64,000 bases of DNA, taken from contig OZ244170.1 in NCBI GenBank assembly GCA_965216565.1, positions 1,536,001 through 1,600,000 of the forward strand, in the 5' to 3' direction. A program made the translations under genes and the position numbers. Origin of the DNA: Bythopirellula sp. Lineage in GTDB: Bacteria; Planctomycetota; Planctomycetia; Pirellulales; Lacipirellulaceae. The notes under the pieces are model-generated. The model worked only from the letters and a program-made list of their open reading frames with translations. It ran no database searches and was not told the DNA's origin. This document shows, in pieces, positions 49,165-59,390 of this stretch. The stretch's first letter is position 1. Each line of letters starts with the position of its first letter.

Positions 49165-49172
49165 GTGTCCAC

Positions 49173-49421
49173 CTAAATTAGCCCCACAGATTTACTGCGG
49201 CCGTTCTCTTGGATATCCACCTTACCTTCGCGCGCCAGCCAACCAATCGCCAGCATCACTTGATCCCGGGGGGCGTCGATCTCCTTGGAAACTTGCGTCA
49301 GGGACGAATTCCCTTGTTTGTCGAGAAAATGCCATACTTCGCCGGCAATTTCCCCCACGCGGTCGATGCCGGTAAGCTTGGGTGCCGGGGGCGGTGCCGG
49401 TTTGGCTTTCTTGCGTGCCAT
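49173..49421 (-). CDS. Winged helix-turn-helix protein (DUF2582-like)
   Basis: GEIAGEVWHFL...LAIGWLAREGKV. Confidence 0.8.
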   Translation of the reverse strand: MARKKAKPAPPPAPKLTGIDRVGEIAGEVWHFLDKQGNSSLTQVSKEIDAPRDQVMLAIGWLAREGKVDIQENGRSKSVGLI

Positions 49422-49514
49422 GGGAGTCCCTCATCCGAGTAATGGTGTGCAATACACAGGTCTGACAGCCGATTGTATCCCGCCCAACCCTATTGGCAAA
49501 GCCTGTCGTTGCTG

Positions 49515-50834
49515 TCAGTCCTCTCCGCGGAGTTTCTCTCTGAGCTCTTGCAATCGAGCCGCGATTTGCTGCTCAAACCCCCGATCGGTGGGACGGTAGT
49601 ACTCCTTCTCCACCCCTAAATACTCCTGAGCCACCACACCATCTTCCGAGTTGTGGGCATACTCGTACCCTTGGCCATGTCCCAGACGCTTGGATCCTGC
49701 ATAGTGACCATCTCGCAGATGCATCGGCACGGGGACCGTACGGCCTTGTTGAACGTCTGCCGCTGCCTCCCCGATGGCAACGGTTGCCGAATTCGACTTG
49801 GGCGCACACGCCAGATAGAGCACCGCCTGGGCCAAATTCAGTTGACACTCCGGCAGCCCCACAAATTCGCAGGCCTGCATCGTGGCGACCGCCAAGGGCA
49901 ACGCCTGCGGATCGGCATTTCCCACGTCTTCGCTGGCTAAAATGACAAGGCGGCGAGTCAGGAATCGCACTTCTTCCCCGCCAGCCAGCATTCTAGCCAA
50001 CCAATAGATGGACGCATCGGGATCGCTGCCTCGAATGCTTTTGATCAATGCACTAATCGAGTCGTAGTGCGAGTCGCCATCGCGGTCGTACTGAATCGCT
50101 TTACGCTGCATCGATTCGGCAGCCAACTCCAGCGTGAACTCTACCGGGCTTTCCTCGGTCGACAGAACGCCAATCTCCAAGGCACTCAAAGCTTGACGAG
50201 CATCGCCGTCCGAGGTGGAGCATAAAAACGACAAGGCATCGTCGTCGAGCCGCACGTCGTACCGGCCCAGCCCTCGCTCTTTGTCGGCCAGAGCGCGGCG
50301 GACAACGGTCGCGATTTCCTCCTCTGTCAGCGGGTGGAATTCAAATACACGACTTCGACTCACCAAGGCACTATTCACGGCGAAGAATGGATTGGATGTG
50401 GTCGCTCCGACCAAGATGACAGTGCCTTCTTCCACGTCGGGCAACAACGCGTCTTGCTGCGATTTGCTAAAGCGGTGAATCTCGTCAATAAACAACAGGG
50501 TCCTGCTGCCCTCGGCAGATAGATTCTCCCGGGCTTCGTCCAATACTGCCCGCAGGTCCTTCACGCCACTGGTGACGGCGTTGAGCTGGCGAAACCGGCA
50601 GCGAGTTTCCGTGGCCGAGAGATGCGCGAGCGTCGTTTTTCCAGTTCCTGGTGGACCGTAGAAGAGCAGGGCGGTGAGCCGATCGGCCTTGATTAACCGC
50701 CACAGCAGTTTGCCTTCGCCGAGAAAGTCCTGCTGGCCAACGAATTCTGCGAGCGACCTGGGCCGCATCCGCGCCGCCAGGGGTTGGGCTTGCCGCCGAT
50801 TATCTGCCTCTGCTGCCTCAAATAGAGAAGCCAC
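49515..50834 (-). CDS. rarA: Replication-associated recombination protein A (MgsA)
   Basis: Motifs PLAARMRP, GPPGTGKTT, FIDEIHRF, QQDALLP, KSIRGSD, ASEDVGNADP, PKSN and P.HLRD. GTG 50834 is preceded by AAGGAG. Confidence 0.95.
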   Translation of the reverse strand: MASLFEAAEADNRRQAQPLAARMRPRSLAEFVGQQDFLGEGKLLWRLIKADRLTALLFYGPPGTGKTTLAHLSATETRCRFRQLNAVTSGVKDLRAVLDEARENLSAEGSRTLLFIDEIHRFSKSQQDALLPDVEEGTVILVGATTSNPFFAVNSALVSRSRVFEFHPLTEEEIATVVRRALADKERGLGRYDVRLDDDALSFLCSTSDGDARQALSALEIGVLSTEESPVEFTLELAAESMQRKAIQYDRDGDSHYDSISALIKSIRGSDPDASIYWLARMLAGGEEVRFLTRRLVILASEDVGNADPQALPLAVATMQACEFVGLPECQLNLAQAVLYLACAPKSNSATVAIGEAAADVQQGRTVPVPMHLRDGHYAGSKRLGHGQGYEYAHNSEDGVVAQEYLGVEKEYYRPTDRGFEQQIAARLQELREKLRGED

Positions 50835-51093
50835 CAGCAGGCTCCTTTCAATTAATTGAATATCCCTCACTCCTGTCTGCGGGGCGGGGGCTTCTAGAAC
50901 TGCAATAACCAGCAACACCTTCACAATTGTTGCAAGTGAATCACTTTGTGTCGCTAAGCATAACGGTAATAACGGCAGATTTTGCCTACCTTAAGAAATC
51001 CTAGGCACAGGTCCGATCCTAGAAGGGCGTCGATTTTTCGCCCCCCGCAACGTTCGCCTCAATACTCCCCCCTCCGCACAAAGGCAATTTCCT

Positions 51094-52524
51094 ATGAGAC
51101 ACTATGACTGTGTCGTGATTGGCACCGGACCCGCAGGCCAGAAAGCGGCCATTCAAGCCGCCAAACTAGGCAAGCGCGTTGCTATTATTGAGAAAAACAA
51201 AGTATTAGGCGGAGCTCAGATCAACACGGGCACCATACCTTCCAAGGCGCTGCGCGAAGCCGTGTTGCACCTGACCGGCGGCAACCAGCGCCACATGTTT
51301 GGACAGTCCTGCCAGGCGAAGGAGGAAATCACGATTGCCGACTTGGTGAGTTTCTCGCAGCAGGTCATCCGCCGCGAGTGGGAGGTGATCCGAAGCCAAT
51401 TTGAGCGGAACGGGGTGGAATTGCTGTGGGGCAGGGCGCGATTCGTCGGCCCCAACGAAGTGGTGGTTGAAAGCCAGGACGGTGAGCAAGTCATCTCTGC
51501 CGACAACTTCCTGCTGGGCGTGGGAACCAAACCGGCTCGTCCCACCAACGTCCCCTTTAACGGCAAGACGGTTTTCACCAGCGACGAAGTACTGCATCTG
51601 GACCACTTGCCCAAGACGATGATCGTGGTTGGCGGTGGAGTCATCGGCACGGAATACGCCTGTATCATGGCGACTCTGGGAGTTCGCGTCACGCTGATCG
51701 AAGGCCGCGACAAGGTACTTGGATTTCTCGATCAAGAGATTGCCGACGCCTTCCAATATTTCATGCGTCAAAGCGGAATCACCCTGCGATTGGGTGAAAA
51801 GGTGGAATCGATCGAAGAGGTAACGATCGAGAACGGCACCGTTCGTCACCTGGTTGAAGCTCAGCTTGAGTCCGGCAAGCGACTGCACGCCCAGACGTTG
51901 CTGTACGCGGTAGGACGGCAAGGCGTATGCAAAGATCTGGGACTCGAGAACGTCGGCATCGAGTTTGACGACCGCGAACGATTGCACGTCAATGACTATT
52001 ACCAAACCAATGTGGGGCACGTGTACGCCGCCGGCGATGTGATTGGTTTCCCAGCCCTTGCCTCGACGAGCATGGAACAGGGCCGTCGCGCCATCTGCCA
52101 TGCCTTTGAATGCAAAGACGTTGAGAACTACAACACGTCGCTGTTTCCTTATGGAATTTATGCAGTGCCTGAAATCTCGATGGTCGGCAAGACCGAAGAG
52201 CAGCTCACGGCCGAGGGAATTCCCTACGAATCTGGCGTGGCCCACTATCGAGAAATCGCGCGTGGCCAGCTCTTGGGCGACGAAATTGGCATGCTCAAGA
52301 TGTTGATCCATCAAGACACGCACAAGATCCTCGGGGTCCATGTCATCGGCACCGGGGCCACCGAATTGATCCACATCGGGCAAGCGGTGATGACGCTCGA
52401 CGGCGATGCGGAGTTCTTCGTCAACAACGTCTTCAACTTTCCGACGCTCGCTGAGTGTTACAAAGTGGCCGCCTACCATGGACTGAATAAGCTAAACGAC
52501 GTCTACAGTTTGGCGGCAGTTTAG
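51094..52524 (+). CDS. sthA: Soluble pyridine nucleotide transhydrogenase
   Basis: Motifs GTGPAG, GTIPSKALRE, GGGVIGTEYA, AAGDVIGFPALAS.SMEQGR, ELIHIGQ and FNFPTLAECYKVAA. Confidence 0.9.
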   Translation: MRHYDCVVIGTGPAGQKAAIQAAKLGKRVAIIEKNKVLGGAQINTGTIPSKALREAVLHLTGGNQRHMFGQSCQAKEEITIADLVSFSQQVIRREWEVIRSQFERNGVELLWGRARFVGPNEVVVESQDGEQVISADNFLLGVGTKPARPTNVPFNGKTVFTSDEVLHLDHLPKTMIVVGGGVIGTEYACIMATLGVRVTLIEGRDKVLGFLDQEIADAFQYFMRQSGITLRLGEKVESIEEVTIENGTVRHLVEAQLESGKRLHAQTLLYAVGRQGVCKDLGLENVGIEFDDRERLHVNDYYQTNVGHVYAAGDVIGFPALASTSMEQGRRAICHAFECKDVENYNTSLFPYGIYAVPEISMVGKTEEQLTAEGIPYESGVAHYREIARGQLLGDEIGMLKMLIHQDTHKILGVHVIGTGATELIHIGQAVMTLDGDAEFFVNNVFNFPTLAECYKVAAYHGLNKLNDVYSLAAV

Positions 52525-52677
52525 TAAGGTTCGGGGCGTGAGATTTGCCTCGCAATGGCTTTAAGCCACAACTGAGCCGTCGGCTCACGGAATGGGCCAA
52601 TCCACGGTAGCGACCTCGTCGCCACTTTTCTGCGCTGCGATTGTTGAGTATCTTTCACAGATACCCTGATCCGTTTA

Positions 52678-53088
52678 ATGGAAATCGCGGCGATGAATCT
52701 CTTTACTTATGGAACGCTAACCTTCCCCGAAGTCTGGAAACGGATCGCGGTTCGAGAATGCCCCGCGCAACGGGCGGTCCTGAGTAACTTCGCCATCTAT
52801 CGAGTGCGGAACGCCGTGTTCCCGGGCATCATTCGGTCGGAAGAAAAAGACTCGGTCGAAGGCATTCTTTACAGTGACGTCGACGAAGAAACGCTCTTTG
52901 AATTGGATGCCTACGAATCCGATTTTTACGATCGCGAATCGGTGTGGGTCACCACGGCAAATCTCGAACGAGTCGAAGCGCAGGTCTACCTAGTGCCGCC
53001 ATCGCATCGGCAGATGCTGACCCACGAACCTTGGGACGCGGCCTGGTTTGCGGAGCACGAATTAGAGCGCTATCTGGACGGAACCTAG
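52678..53088 (+). CDS. Gamma-glutamylcyclotransferase (AIG2-like) family protein
   Basis: Motifs LFTYGTL, FPGI, VEG.LY, LDAYE..Y.R and A.VY. Confidence 0.85.
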   Translation: MEIAAMNLFTYGTLTFPEVWKRIAVRECPAQRAVLSNFAIYRVRNAVFPGIIRSEEKDSVEGILYSDVDEETLFELDAYESDFYDRESVWVTTANLERVEAQVYLVPPSHRQMLTHEPWDAAWFAEHELERYLDGT

Positions 53089-53107
53089 TACTACGCGGAG
53101 TTGGCTT

Positions 53108-53282
53108 GCGAAAAATAGGGACTGGCTCGACGCTCGAACACGTTTCGAACCCCCGGCGCACTCAGTGTCGTCGTGCCTGTCCCTTTTTTTCGCTATATGA
53201 AATGGGTACAGGCACGCGATTGCGGCAACGCGCGATCTACCTTCAAACATGACTTGGCAATCACGAGCCAGTCCCCATTTCA
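53108..53282. repeat. Two REP/MITE-like inverted-repeat elements in opposite orientation
   Basis: Arms 53108-53132/53169-53193 (22/25 complementary) and 53198-53223/53257-53282 (22/26). They share the core GGGACTGGCTCG / CGTGCCTGT(C/A)CC and lie between convergent genes. Confidence 0.8.
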
Positions 53283-53303
53283 AGCTCGCACTGCGACAGA
53301 GTA

Positions 53304-54542
53304 TTAAACGGATTCCGACCAGTCTTCCAAGGGCCCGATCGTCACCGTGGTATTCTTGGTGAGCGGATATTTACTCATTACACGGTGGACATCGTCGAGT
53401 GTCACAGAGTCGACCGATTCCAAATCGTCGGCCACGCTGCGATACTCGCTCCGTTGGAGCCAATTGCCTCCAACATTGAACAGCCGGCTGCGGGGACGTT
53501 CGCTACCCAGTACCACCCGCGATTGAACTTTGCTCTTGGCCTGTCGCAGTTCCTCGGCAGTAAAGCCATCCCGCTCCGCACGTTGTTGAACTTCCTGCAC
53601 CTTAGCAAAAATCTCCTGCGCCGTTTCTGGCACGCTGCTCACCCAGGTGAAGAACATTCCTGCGCCCAAATATTCGTAGTGCCCCAGGCTCGCTGATTCG
53701 ACAAGCCCAGGATCAACCAGTTCCCAGTAGAGCCGACTTCCGGAATCATCGCCAAACATCGTGGCAAGGAGTTTAGCGGCGTAGCGATCCTCATCCTCCG
53801 AGGGTGGAGCGTCGGCCAACTGCAAAACATATTGCTGAGTACTCGCCTCTCTGACGACCGAATGGAATGAAGAAGTCGATTTGGCGCTGGGAATCTCCCG
53901 TTGCGTCCCTTGGGGTTTCCATTCGCCACACCTTGTATTGACCTGTTCGACGAGCGAATCAAAATCCACTTTGCCCGCTGCCGCAAGCAGAACGTTTTCA
54001 GGGCTGTATCTTGCCTCGAAGTAGTTTCGCATTTGCTCGACGGAAAGATCACTGACTGTTTCCACCGTGCCCAGGACACTACGAGAGAGGGGATGTGACC
54101 CGTAATGAAGTTCCTTGATTTTGTCATCCATGCCAAACGGGGGTTGGTCGGCGTACATCTGAATCTCTTCCAGGATGACTTTCTTCTCCATCTCGAAGTC
54201 TTCGTCGCGCAGGCTCGGCCGCATGATGTCGGCTAAGATGTCGACGCACTGCTCTTGGCATTCGGGAAGCACTGCCGCGTAGTAGACGGTGTTTTCTTCA
54301 CTGGTAAACGCATTGTAGTGCGCTCCCAGTTCGTCAAACTCCCGATTGACATCCTCGGCGGTTCTGCGCGGGGTACCTTTGAACAACATATGTTCTAGAA
54401 AATGGCTGACGCCGGCTATCGCATCTGTTTCATCACGCGACCCCGTCCGCACAAAAAACCCGAGTCCCAGCGAATGGGCTGCCGAATTGCACTCGGCGAC
54501 GATTTCCAGTCCGTTATCGAGCTGGTGCTTACGAAATTCCAT
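53304..54542 (-). CDS. M16 (pitrilysin) family zinc peptidase, catalytic subunit
   Basis: GSRDE..GVSHFLEHMLFKGT (HxxEH), NAFTS and SRLYWEL. Confidence 0.92.
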   Translation of the reverse strand: MEFRKHQLDNGLEIVAECNSAAHSLGLGFFVRTGSRDETDAIAGVSHFLEHMLFKGTPRRTAEDVNREFDELGAHYNAFTSEENTVYYAAVLPECQEQCVDILADIMRPSLRDEDFEMEKKVILEEIQMYADQPPFGMDDKIKELHYGSHPLSRSVLGTVETVSDLSVEQMRNYFEARYSPENVLLAAAGKVDFDSLVEQVNTRCGEWKPQGTQREIPSAKSTSSFHSVVREASTQQYVLQLADAPPSEDEDRYAAKLLATMFGDDSGSRLYWELVDPGLVESASLGHYEYLGAGMFFTWVSSVPETAQEIFAKVQEVQQRAERDGFTAEELRQAKSKVQSRVVLGSERPRSRLFNVGGNWLQRSEYRSVADDLESVDSVTLDDVHRVMSKYPLTKNTTVTIGPLEDWSESV

Positions 54543-54758
54543 GACTGTTGAAGTCCTATCGTTGATAATATCTTTTTCAGAGGGGGAAGTACCACAGAGG
54601 ATTCTACAGCTTGGGTCCAGCGGGGCAAAGCCAAGCTTCGGCGGGTCTAACCAATTACTTCCCGAATTGTTGCACAACTTTTCTCTATGTGTGGGGTTCA
54701 GCTACCTGTAACATTGCCAGATCATCAGTCCACGACACAGTACAGAGAATCCTTTACC

Positions 54759-55715
54759 ATGCCCCTGTTGTCTTCGAGCAAGAATAAGCCAAAACTCACC
54801 GCATGGGTTGTCGCAGTTTCAGTCATTGCGACAACCGTTCTCGTGTTTGCCCAGCGTCCCCCCATGCGGCGGCATACGGCCACGAATACCAAGCCTCTGA
54901 AACTCGTGCAGGCAACCGAGAAACCGCCCGTTGAAAACAGAAGTATCGTTGAGCATCAGGGGGACCACCGAGTCATCGTCTCCAATGGAATTCCTACGCA
55001 CACCGTTGGGCAGTTCCCCAATCGAGGCAACCCCAATGGTATTCGGCCTCAGCGATACGAGTTTCGCTTACCAGCGGAACCACGAGCAGCCAAAGTAATT
55101 ACGCCACTCCATACAGATACCGGTCGAGGCCCTCCCAACTTGCCGTTTGGGATTGCCGTGAACGGAGTTCTATTTGACCCCGGCACAGCCGAATACTGGC
55201 AAGGCGATCGCCGTGCAGATTGGAACTACGATGCCCTCGGTGGCGCGGTTCCATTGGGCATTGACGAGAATCATGCTCATGTGCAGCCCACCGGCGCGTA
55301 CCATTATCACGGCTTGCCGACGTTGCTCCTGGAGAAACTTGGCTGGAACGCCAACAGCCATTCACCCCAAATTGGCTGGGCCGCGGATGGATTCCCCATC
55401 TATGCAGTTTATGGGTTTGGCGAGCGTGAAGATTCTGATTCCAAGATCGTTGAACTGAAGTCGAGCTACCGGCTGAAAACCGGAACTCGTCCAGGTGGCA
55501 ATCGAGCACCCACGGGTAAGTACGATGGGACCTTTATCCAGGATTACGAGTACGTCGAAGACAGCGGCGACCTCGACGCGTGCAACGGACGGTTTTGCAA
55601 CACGCCAGAATTTCCCGCCGGCACCTATGCCTATTTCTTAACGTCTGATTGGCCTGTTATCCCCCGGGCATTCCGTGGCCAGCCGATCAATATGCGAGGT
55701 CCCAGACACCGCTAA
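54759..55715 (+). CDS. YHYH domain protein (exported)
   Basis: Motifs SNGIP.H..G.FP, GIAVNGV, AHVQPTGAYHYHG, GWAADGFPIY, DLDACNG and YAYFLT. Confidence 0.88.
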   Translation: MPLLSSSKNKPKLTAWVVAVSVIATTVLVFAQRPPMRRHTATNTKPLKLVQATEKPPVENRSIVEHQGDHRVIVSNGIPTHTVGQFPNRGNPNGIRPQRYEFRLPAEPRAAKVITPLHTDTGRGPPNLPFGIAVNGVLFDPGTAEYWQGDRRADWNYDALGGAVPLGIDENHAHVQPTGAYHYHGLPTLLLEKLGWNANSHSPQIGWAADGFPIYAVYGFGEREDSDSKIVELKSSYRLKTGTRPGGNRAPTGKYDGTFIQDYEYVEDSGDLDACNGRFCNTPEFPAGTYAYFLTSDWPVIPRAFRGQPINMRGPRHR

Positions 55716-55726
55716 GTGAAGACACC

Positions 55727-57379
55727 TTAGAATTCCGTCTCCTCCGCGGCCTCGACAACCTCTTGGCAAATGCGCAGCAGTGCCACGCCTAATTCTCGTT
55801 CTTCGCAAACGACTGCATTCGCGCCCAGCTTCTTCGACTTTGCCACATTCGATCCGTATCGACAGCGAACAATGATCGACATCGACGGGTTGATGGATCG
55901 CAACGCAGGCACCGTTTGCAACGCGGCATCGTCGTTCGGTACACAAACAACGGCCAGGCGACAATATTCGGCTCGGGCTCGCCGCAAGACGTCCGGATCT
56001 CGGGCATCGCCGGCGATAGTGTGAAATCCTTGTTGGGCATAGTCATGCAGATTGATGGGGCTTTGATCGATCAGGCACACATCCACCCCTAGCATTTCCA
56101 GTCGCGACGATATCTGACGTCCAACCGCTCCAATACCGATAACAAGTGCTTGCGTAACCGGCGAATCGACCTTGATGGCGGTTTCCTCTTGGTCATCCTC
56201 CAAAGGATCTTCGCCTCCGGCCCACCGTAAACCGAATTTGATAAGTTGTGGCGACAAAATCAGCGTTCCCATCGCCAGAAAGAGCATACGGTTATAGGTT
56301 TCGGAACTGATGAGATCGTGGGACACTCCCTCGGACAGCAGCAAGAACGAGAATTCGCCCAATTGCGCGAGGCCGATTCCCATGCCGGCAGCAACTTTCC
56401 AATCCAATCCGGTAAACTTCAAGGCTACGGTTGCCGCAGTAGCCTTTAACAACAAAATCGCCACCAACCCGCCAGCAAGTAACAACGGTGCCTCGAAGAA
56501 CTCCATGGGCTCTAGCAGAGTCCCCAACGTGACAAAAAACACAGCTGCAAACGATTCGCGAAATGGCAGCGACAGTGTATCGATTTGCTTGCTCAGGTTG
56601 TTACCGCCCAGGACCAATCCTGCTGCCAACGCGCCCAGGGCACTCGACAAACCCAATGCAGATGTGCCCAAGCACACACCTCCCAGCATGGCAAGCGTGA
56701 ATAGCACCACCAGTTCCAGGCTCCGCAATTTCATTAAAAGGGGCACGAACACATCGGTTACTAAGCGTCGTAGCAATAAAATGGCGAGCAGAAATAGCAT
56801 CGTTTGCACACCTAGCCACCCAAATTTTTGCAACAATGGATCGTCACTAGTTGAAGTGAGCAATGGCACCAGCAGCATCAACGGCACCAGAGCCACGTCT
56901 TGAAACAACAGCAGCCCGACACCGCGACGTCCTGCAGGCGTAGCTGTCTGGCCCCATTCGGCTAACGCTTTAAAAACCAGGATCGTCGAACTCAGCGCGG
57001 CTGCACCTCCGACGATCACCGCCGGCTGCCATTCCATTCCCGCCATCATCGCGACAAATATCACCGGCAATGCAACCAGTGCCATCTGGACAGATCCGCC
57101 CAGGAAGATCACGCGGCTCATGCGACGGAGCAACGGCAGCGAAAGCTCGATGCCCACTGAGAACAACAGCAATAAGGCACCCGTGTGCGCCAGGAGCTCC
57201 AGCTCATGGTTATCCTGAGACACCAGGCCCAGACTCCCTTCGCCGATTAGGGCACCGATTACCAGATAGCCAACCAAGAGCGAAACGCCGATTCTTCGAC
57301 AAATAACTCCCGCCACAAACCCTGCTACCAGGACAATGAGCACGTCGACTAGCAGTTGATTGATATCGAGAGAGTTCAT
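55727..57379 (-). CDS. CPA2/Kef-type cation:proton antiporter with C-terminal TrkA-N (RCK) domain
   Basis: Motifs LFSVGIE, LSST, LFQD, FFVTLG, LAQLGEFSF, GIGAVG and GDA. Confidence 0.9.
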   Translation of the reverse strand: MNSLDINQLLVDVLIVLVAGFVAGVICRRIGVSLLVGYLVIGALIGEGSLGLVSQDNHELELLAHTGALLLLFSVGIELSLPLLRRMSRVIFLGGSVQMALVALPVIFVAMMAGMEWQPAVIVGGAAALSSTILVFKALAEWGQTATPAGRRGVGLLLFQDVALVPLMLLVPLLTSTSDDPLLQKFGWLGVQTMLFLLAILLLRRLVTDVFVPLLMKLRSLELVVLFTLAMLGGVCLGTSALGLSSALGALAAGLVLGGNNLSKQIDTLSLPFRESFAAVFFVTLGTLLEPMEFFEAPLLLAGGLVAILLLKATAATVALKFTGLDWKVAAGMGIGLAQLGEFSFLLLSEGVSHDLISSETYNRMLFLAMGTLILSPQLIKFGLRWAGGEDPLEDDQEETAIKVDSPVTQALVIGIGAVGRQISSRLEMLGVDVCLIDQSPINLHDYAQQGFHTIAGDARDPDVLRRARAEYCRLAVVCVPNDDAALQTVPALRSINPSMSIIVRCRYGSNVAKSKKLGANAVVCEERELGVALLRICQEVVEAAEETEF

Positions 57380-57449
57380 AGAGAGACCGAGCCAACCGCA
57401 GTAGTGAGGCAATCACCAGAGACTACTATCCTAGCATCGCAGAGGATTG

Positions 57450-58706
57450 CTAGGCGGGCAACTCAAGCGGCGTGGGGCCGAGAGTGGCAAATGTGAAGTT
57501 CGCTGGCGGTTGACGCTTGAGATATTCGTTAATGGCATCACTGGTAAGCTTGTCGACCATTTCACTAACTTCATCAAGCGGACGAACTCGGGCCAAATGG
57601 TACCAATCGCGCGCAATGGCCCCGCTCCGGGCGCTGGTCGACTCTTGTTGCATAATCAGCCCGCTTTTAATGCGTGCCTTGAGCCGATCCAGTTCATTGG
57701 CCTCGATTCCTTGGCCTAGACGTATTAATTCGGCGTAAGTCACATCGAGGGTTTCTTGGGCTCGTTCTGCCGTCGTGCCGGCATAGCATAGTACGCGAGC
57801 ACGATCTCGCTGCGTTTGGAGCGAAGCACTCACCGTGTAACAAAGTCCCCGCTTCTCCCGGACTTCGGTAAATAGCCTGGAACTCATGCCACTGGACAGA
57901 ACTCCCACCGCGGCCCAAGCCCGCAAATACTCCGCATCGCGGTAGGGAACGCTGGGAAAAGCGATGCCAATGTGGGATTGGTTCGATTCGTGCTCTGTGT
58001 GGAGCAAGTCGGAAGCGGGGTCGGTTTCAACAGGTGGCTTGGTCTCAACTCGCTGCCAATCGCCGAATAGGCTCTCGACATGGGCGATTAACTCATCCCA
58101 GTCGAAAGAACCAGCTACGCCTAAAATGGTTCCGTTCGGTCGGTAATTTGATTGGAACTGTTGTTGGACCGATTCGATGTCACATTGCCCGATGCCCTCG
58201 ATAGTTCCGTGGCTGGGTCGGCCCCATGGTTCTGGGTACGCTCTTCTTCTGAGTGCGATCATCAATTGTTGACTTGGCTCGTCTTCGGCTCCGTAGATTT
58301 CTTGGAGGCAAACCTGTTTGCCGGCGTCCAGCTGATCGGCAGGTATATGGGGCCTACGAACAATGTCGGCGTAAATCTCCAGCGCCGAATTCAGATTGGC
58401 CGCAAGTGTTGCCGCACTAAAGCTAGTTTGAGACGCCCCGACCGACTCGCCCCGTTCGACACCCAGATTTTCTAGATCGGTAATCAATGCTCGACTGTCG
58501 CGACTGCCGGCTCCACGCAAAACCATGTCGCACAGCAGCGACGAGAGTCCAAGCTGGTCGGCTGGGTCGGTACTGTATCCACATGGCGTCAGCAGTGTGA
58601 TTGCTGCCGATTGGACGCCCGCGGTTGGTTCGCCGATAATCACCATCCCGTTTTCGAGTTGGTGACTCTGCGCCTGTCGAGTTTGGACTTGTGAGGTAGT
58701 GCTCAT
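57450..58706 (-). CDS. M16 family peptidase-like subunit (lacks HxxEH)
   Basis: M16 fold motifs (LENG, YRPN, GMSSRLFTEVREKRGLCY). The zinc-motif position reads LLCDM. Confidence 0.88.
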   Translation of the reverse strand: MSTTSQVQTRQAQSHQLENGMVIIGEPTAGVQSAAITLLTPCGYSTDPADQLGLSSLLCDMVLRGAGSRDSRALITDLENLGVERGESVGASQTSFSAATLAANLNSALEIYADIVRRPHIPADQLDAGKQVCLQEIYGAEDEPSQQLMIALRRRAYPEPWGRPSHGTIEGIGQCDIESVQQQFQSNYRPNGTILGVAGSFDWDELIAHVESLFGDWQRVETKPPVETDPASDLLHTEHESNQSHIGIAFPSVPYRDAEYLRAWAAVGVLSSGMSSRLFTEVREKRGLCYTVSASLQTQRDRARVLCYAGTTAERAQETLDVTYAELIRLGQGIEANELDRLKARIKSGLIMQQESTSARSGAIARDWYHLARVRPLDEVSEMVDKLTSDAINEYLKRQPPANFTFATLGPTPLELPA

Positions 58707-58808
58707 CGAATGCCAGGGTTTCAGAGATTCGTCGAAGGAGTCTGCGGCACAGGCGCGTCGAAAGTGACGCCCAATAGGCAAAATCCTGTTTCCACGTCGT
58801 TCCGCAGG

Positions 58809-59390
58809 TTACCTTGCGGGAAGACTAGGAGCAAGCTCAACCGCTTTGTAGAGAGTGCGCGTTGAACGGAAACCCAGCTTTTTGTACAGCCGCACCGCAT
58901 CCCCATTCTCTGCCGTAACCTCCAGGCTGATTCTTGGAACGCCGAGATATTGCAATCCACCCAGAGATGCCAGTATGAGCGCGGTACCAATGCTCCGTCC
59001 GCGATGGAAAGGCACGACACCAATGTTCTGGATATTCGCCCGCTGCCGATGGGTGCGAACCGCCTGAATCGTCCCGCAGTATTCGGTCTTTCTTGGTCCA
59101 GCACCAATATATTCGGCTAGCCAGGTAGCTTCGGGCAGGAAGCCTTCGCGTGCGTGAATCTCTTGCATCAGCTTCCAGCAGCCCTCGTACTCGCCCAAGC
59201 AAGGGAACACCTGGGCGTCTAGCTCGCCGCGGAAGCTCTGGTACTTGATCTCTGCGTGCTCTTCCAGCAGAGCATCGCTCCAGGCCACCAGCCGATAGTC
59301 TCGTGGCAAACGGAAGTCGGGGCGCCGCCAACGGCTTACATCCAACTCCATCCGATAGCGCTTTATATATTGATAATTCAAGAAACGCAT
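58809..59390 (-). CDS. GNAT family N-acetyltransferase
   Basis: Motifs IGVVP.HRGRSIG..L, LEVTAEN..A..LY.KLGF. Confidence 0.88.
   Translation of the reverse strand: MRFLNYQYIKRYRMELDVSRWRRPDFRLPRDYRLVAWSDALLEEHAEIKYQSFRGELDAQVFPCLGEYEGCWKLMQEIHAREGFLPEATWLAEYIGAGPRKTEYCGTIQAVRTHRQRANIQNIGVVPFHRGRSIGTALILASLGGLQYLGVPRISLEVTAENGDAVRLYKKLGFRSTRTLYKAVELAPSLPAR

Noticed and set aside
51205..52479. 424-aa ORF antisense to sthA
   Set aside because: It is fully nested opposite a well-supported gene and has no recognisable motifs, as expected for a codon-bias shadow ORF.
52573..52587. Palindrome TGAGCCG-T-CGGCTCA sharing an 11-mer with 12760-12770
   Set aside because: An 11-nt GC-rich match is expected by chance in 64 kb, and there is no U-tract or other support.
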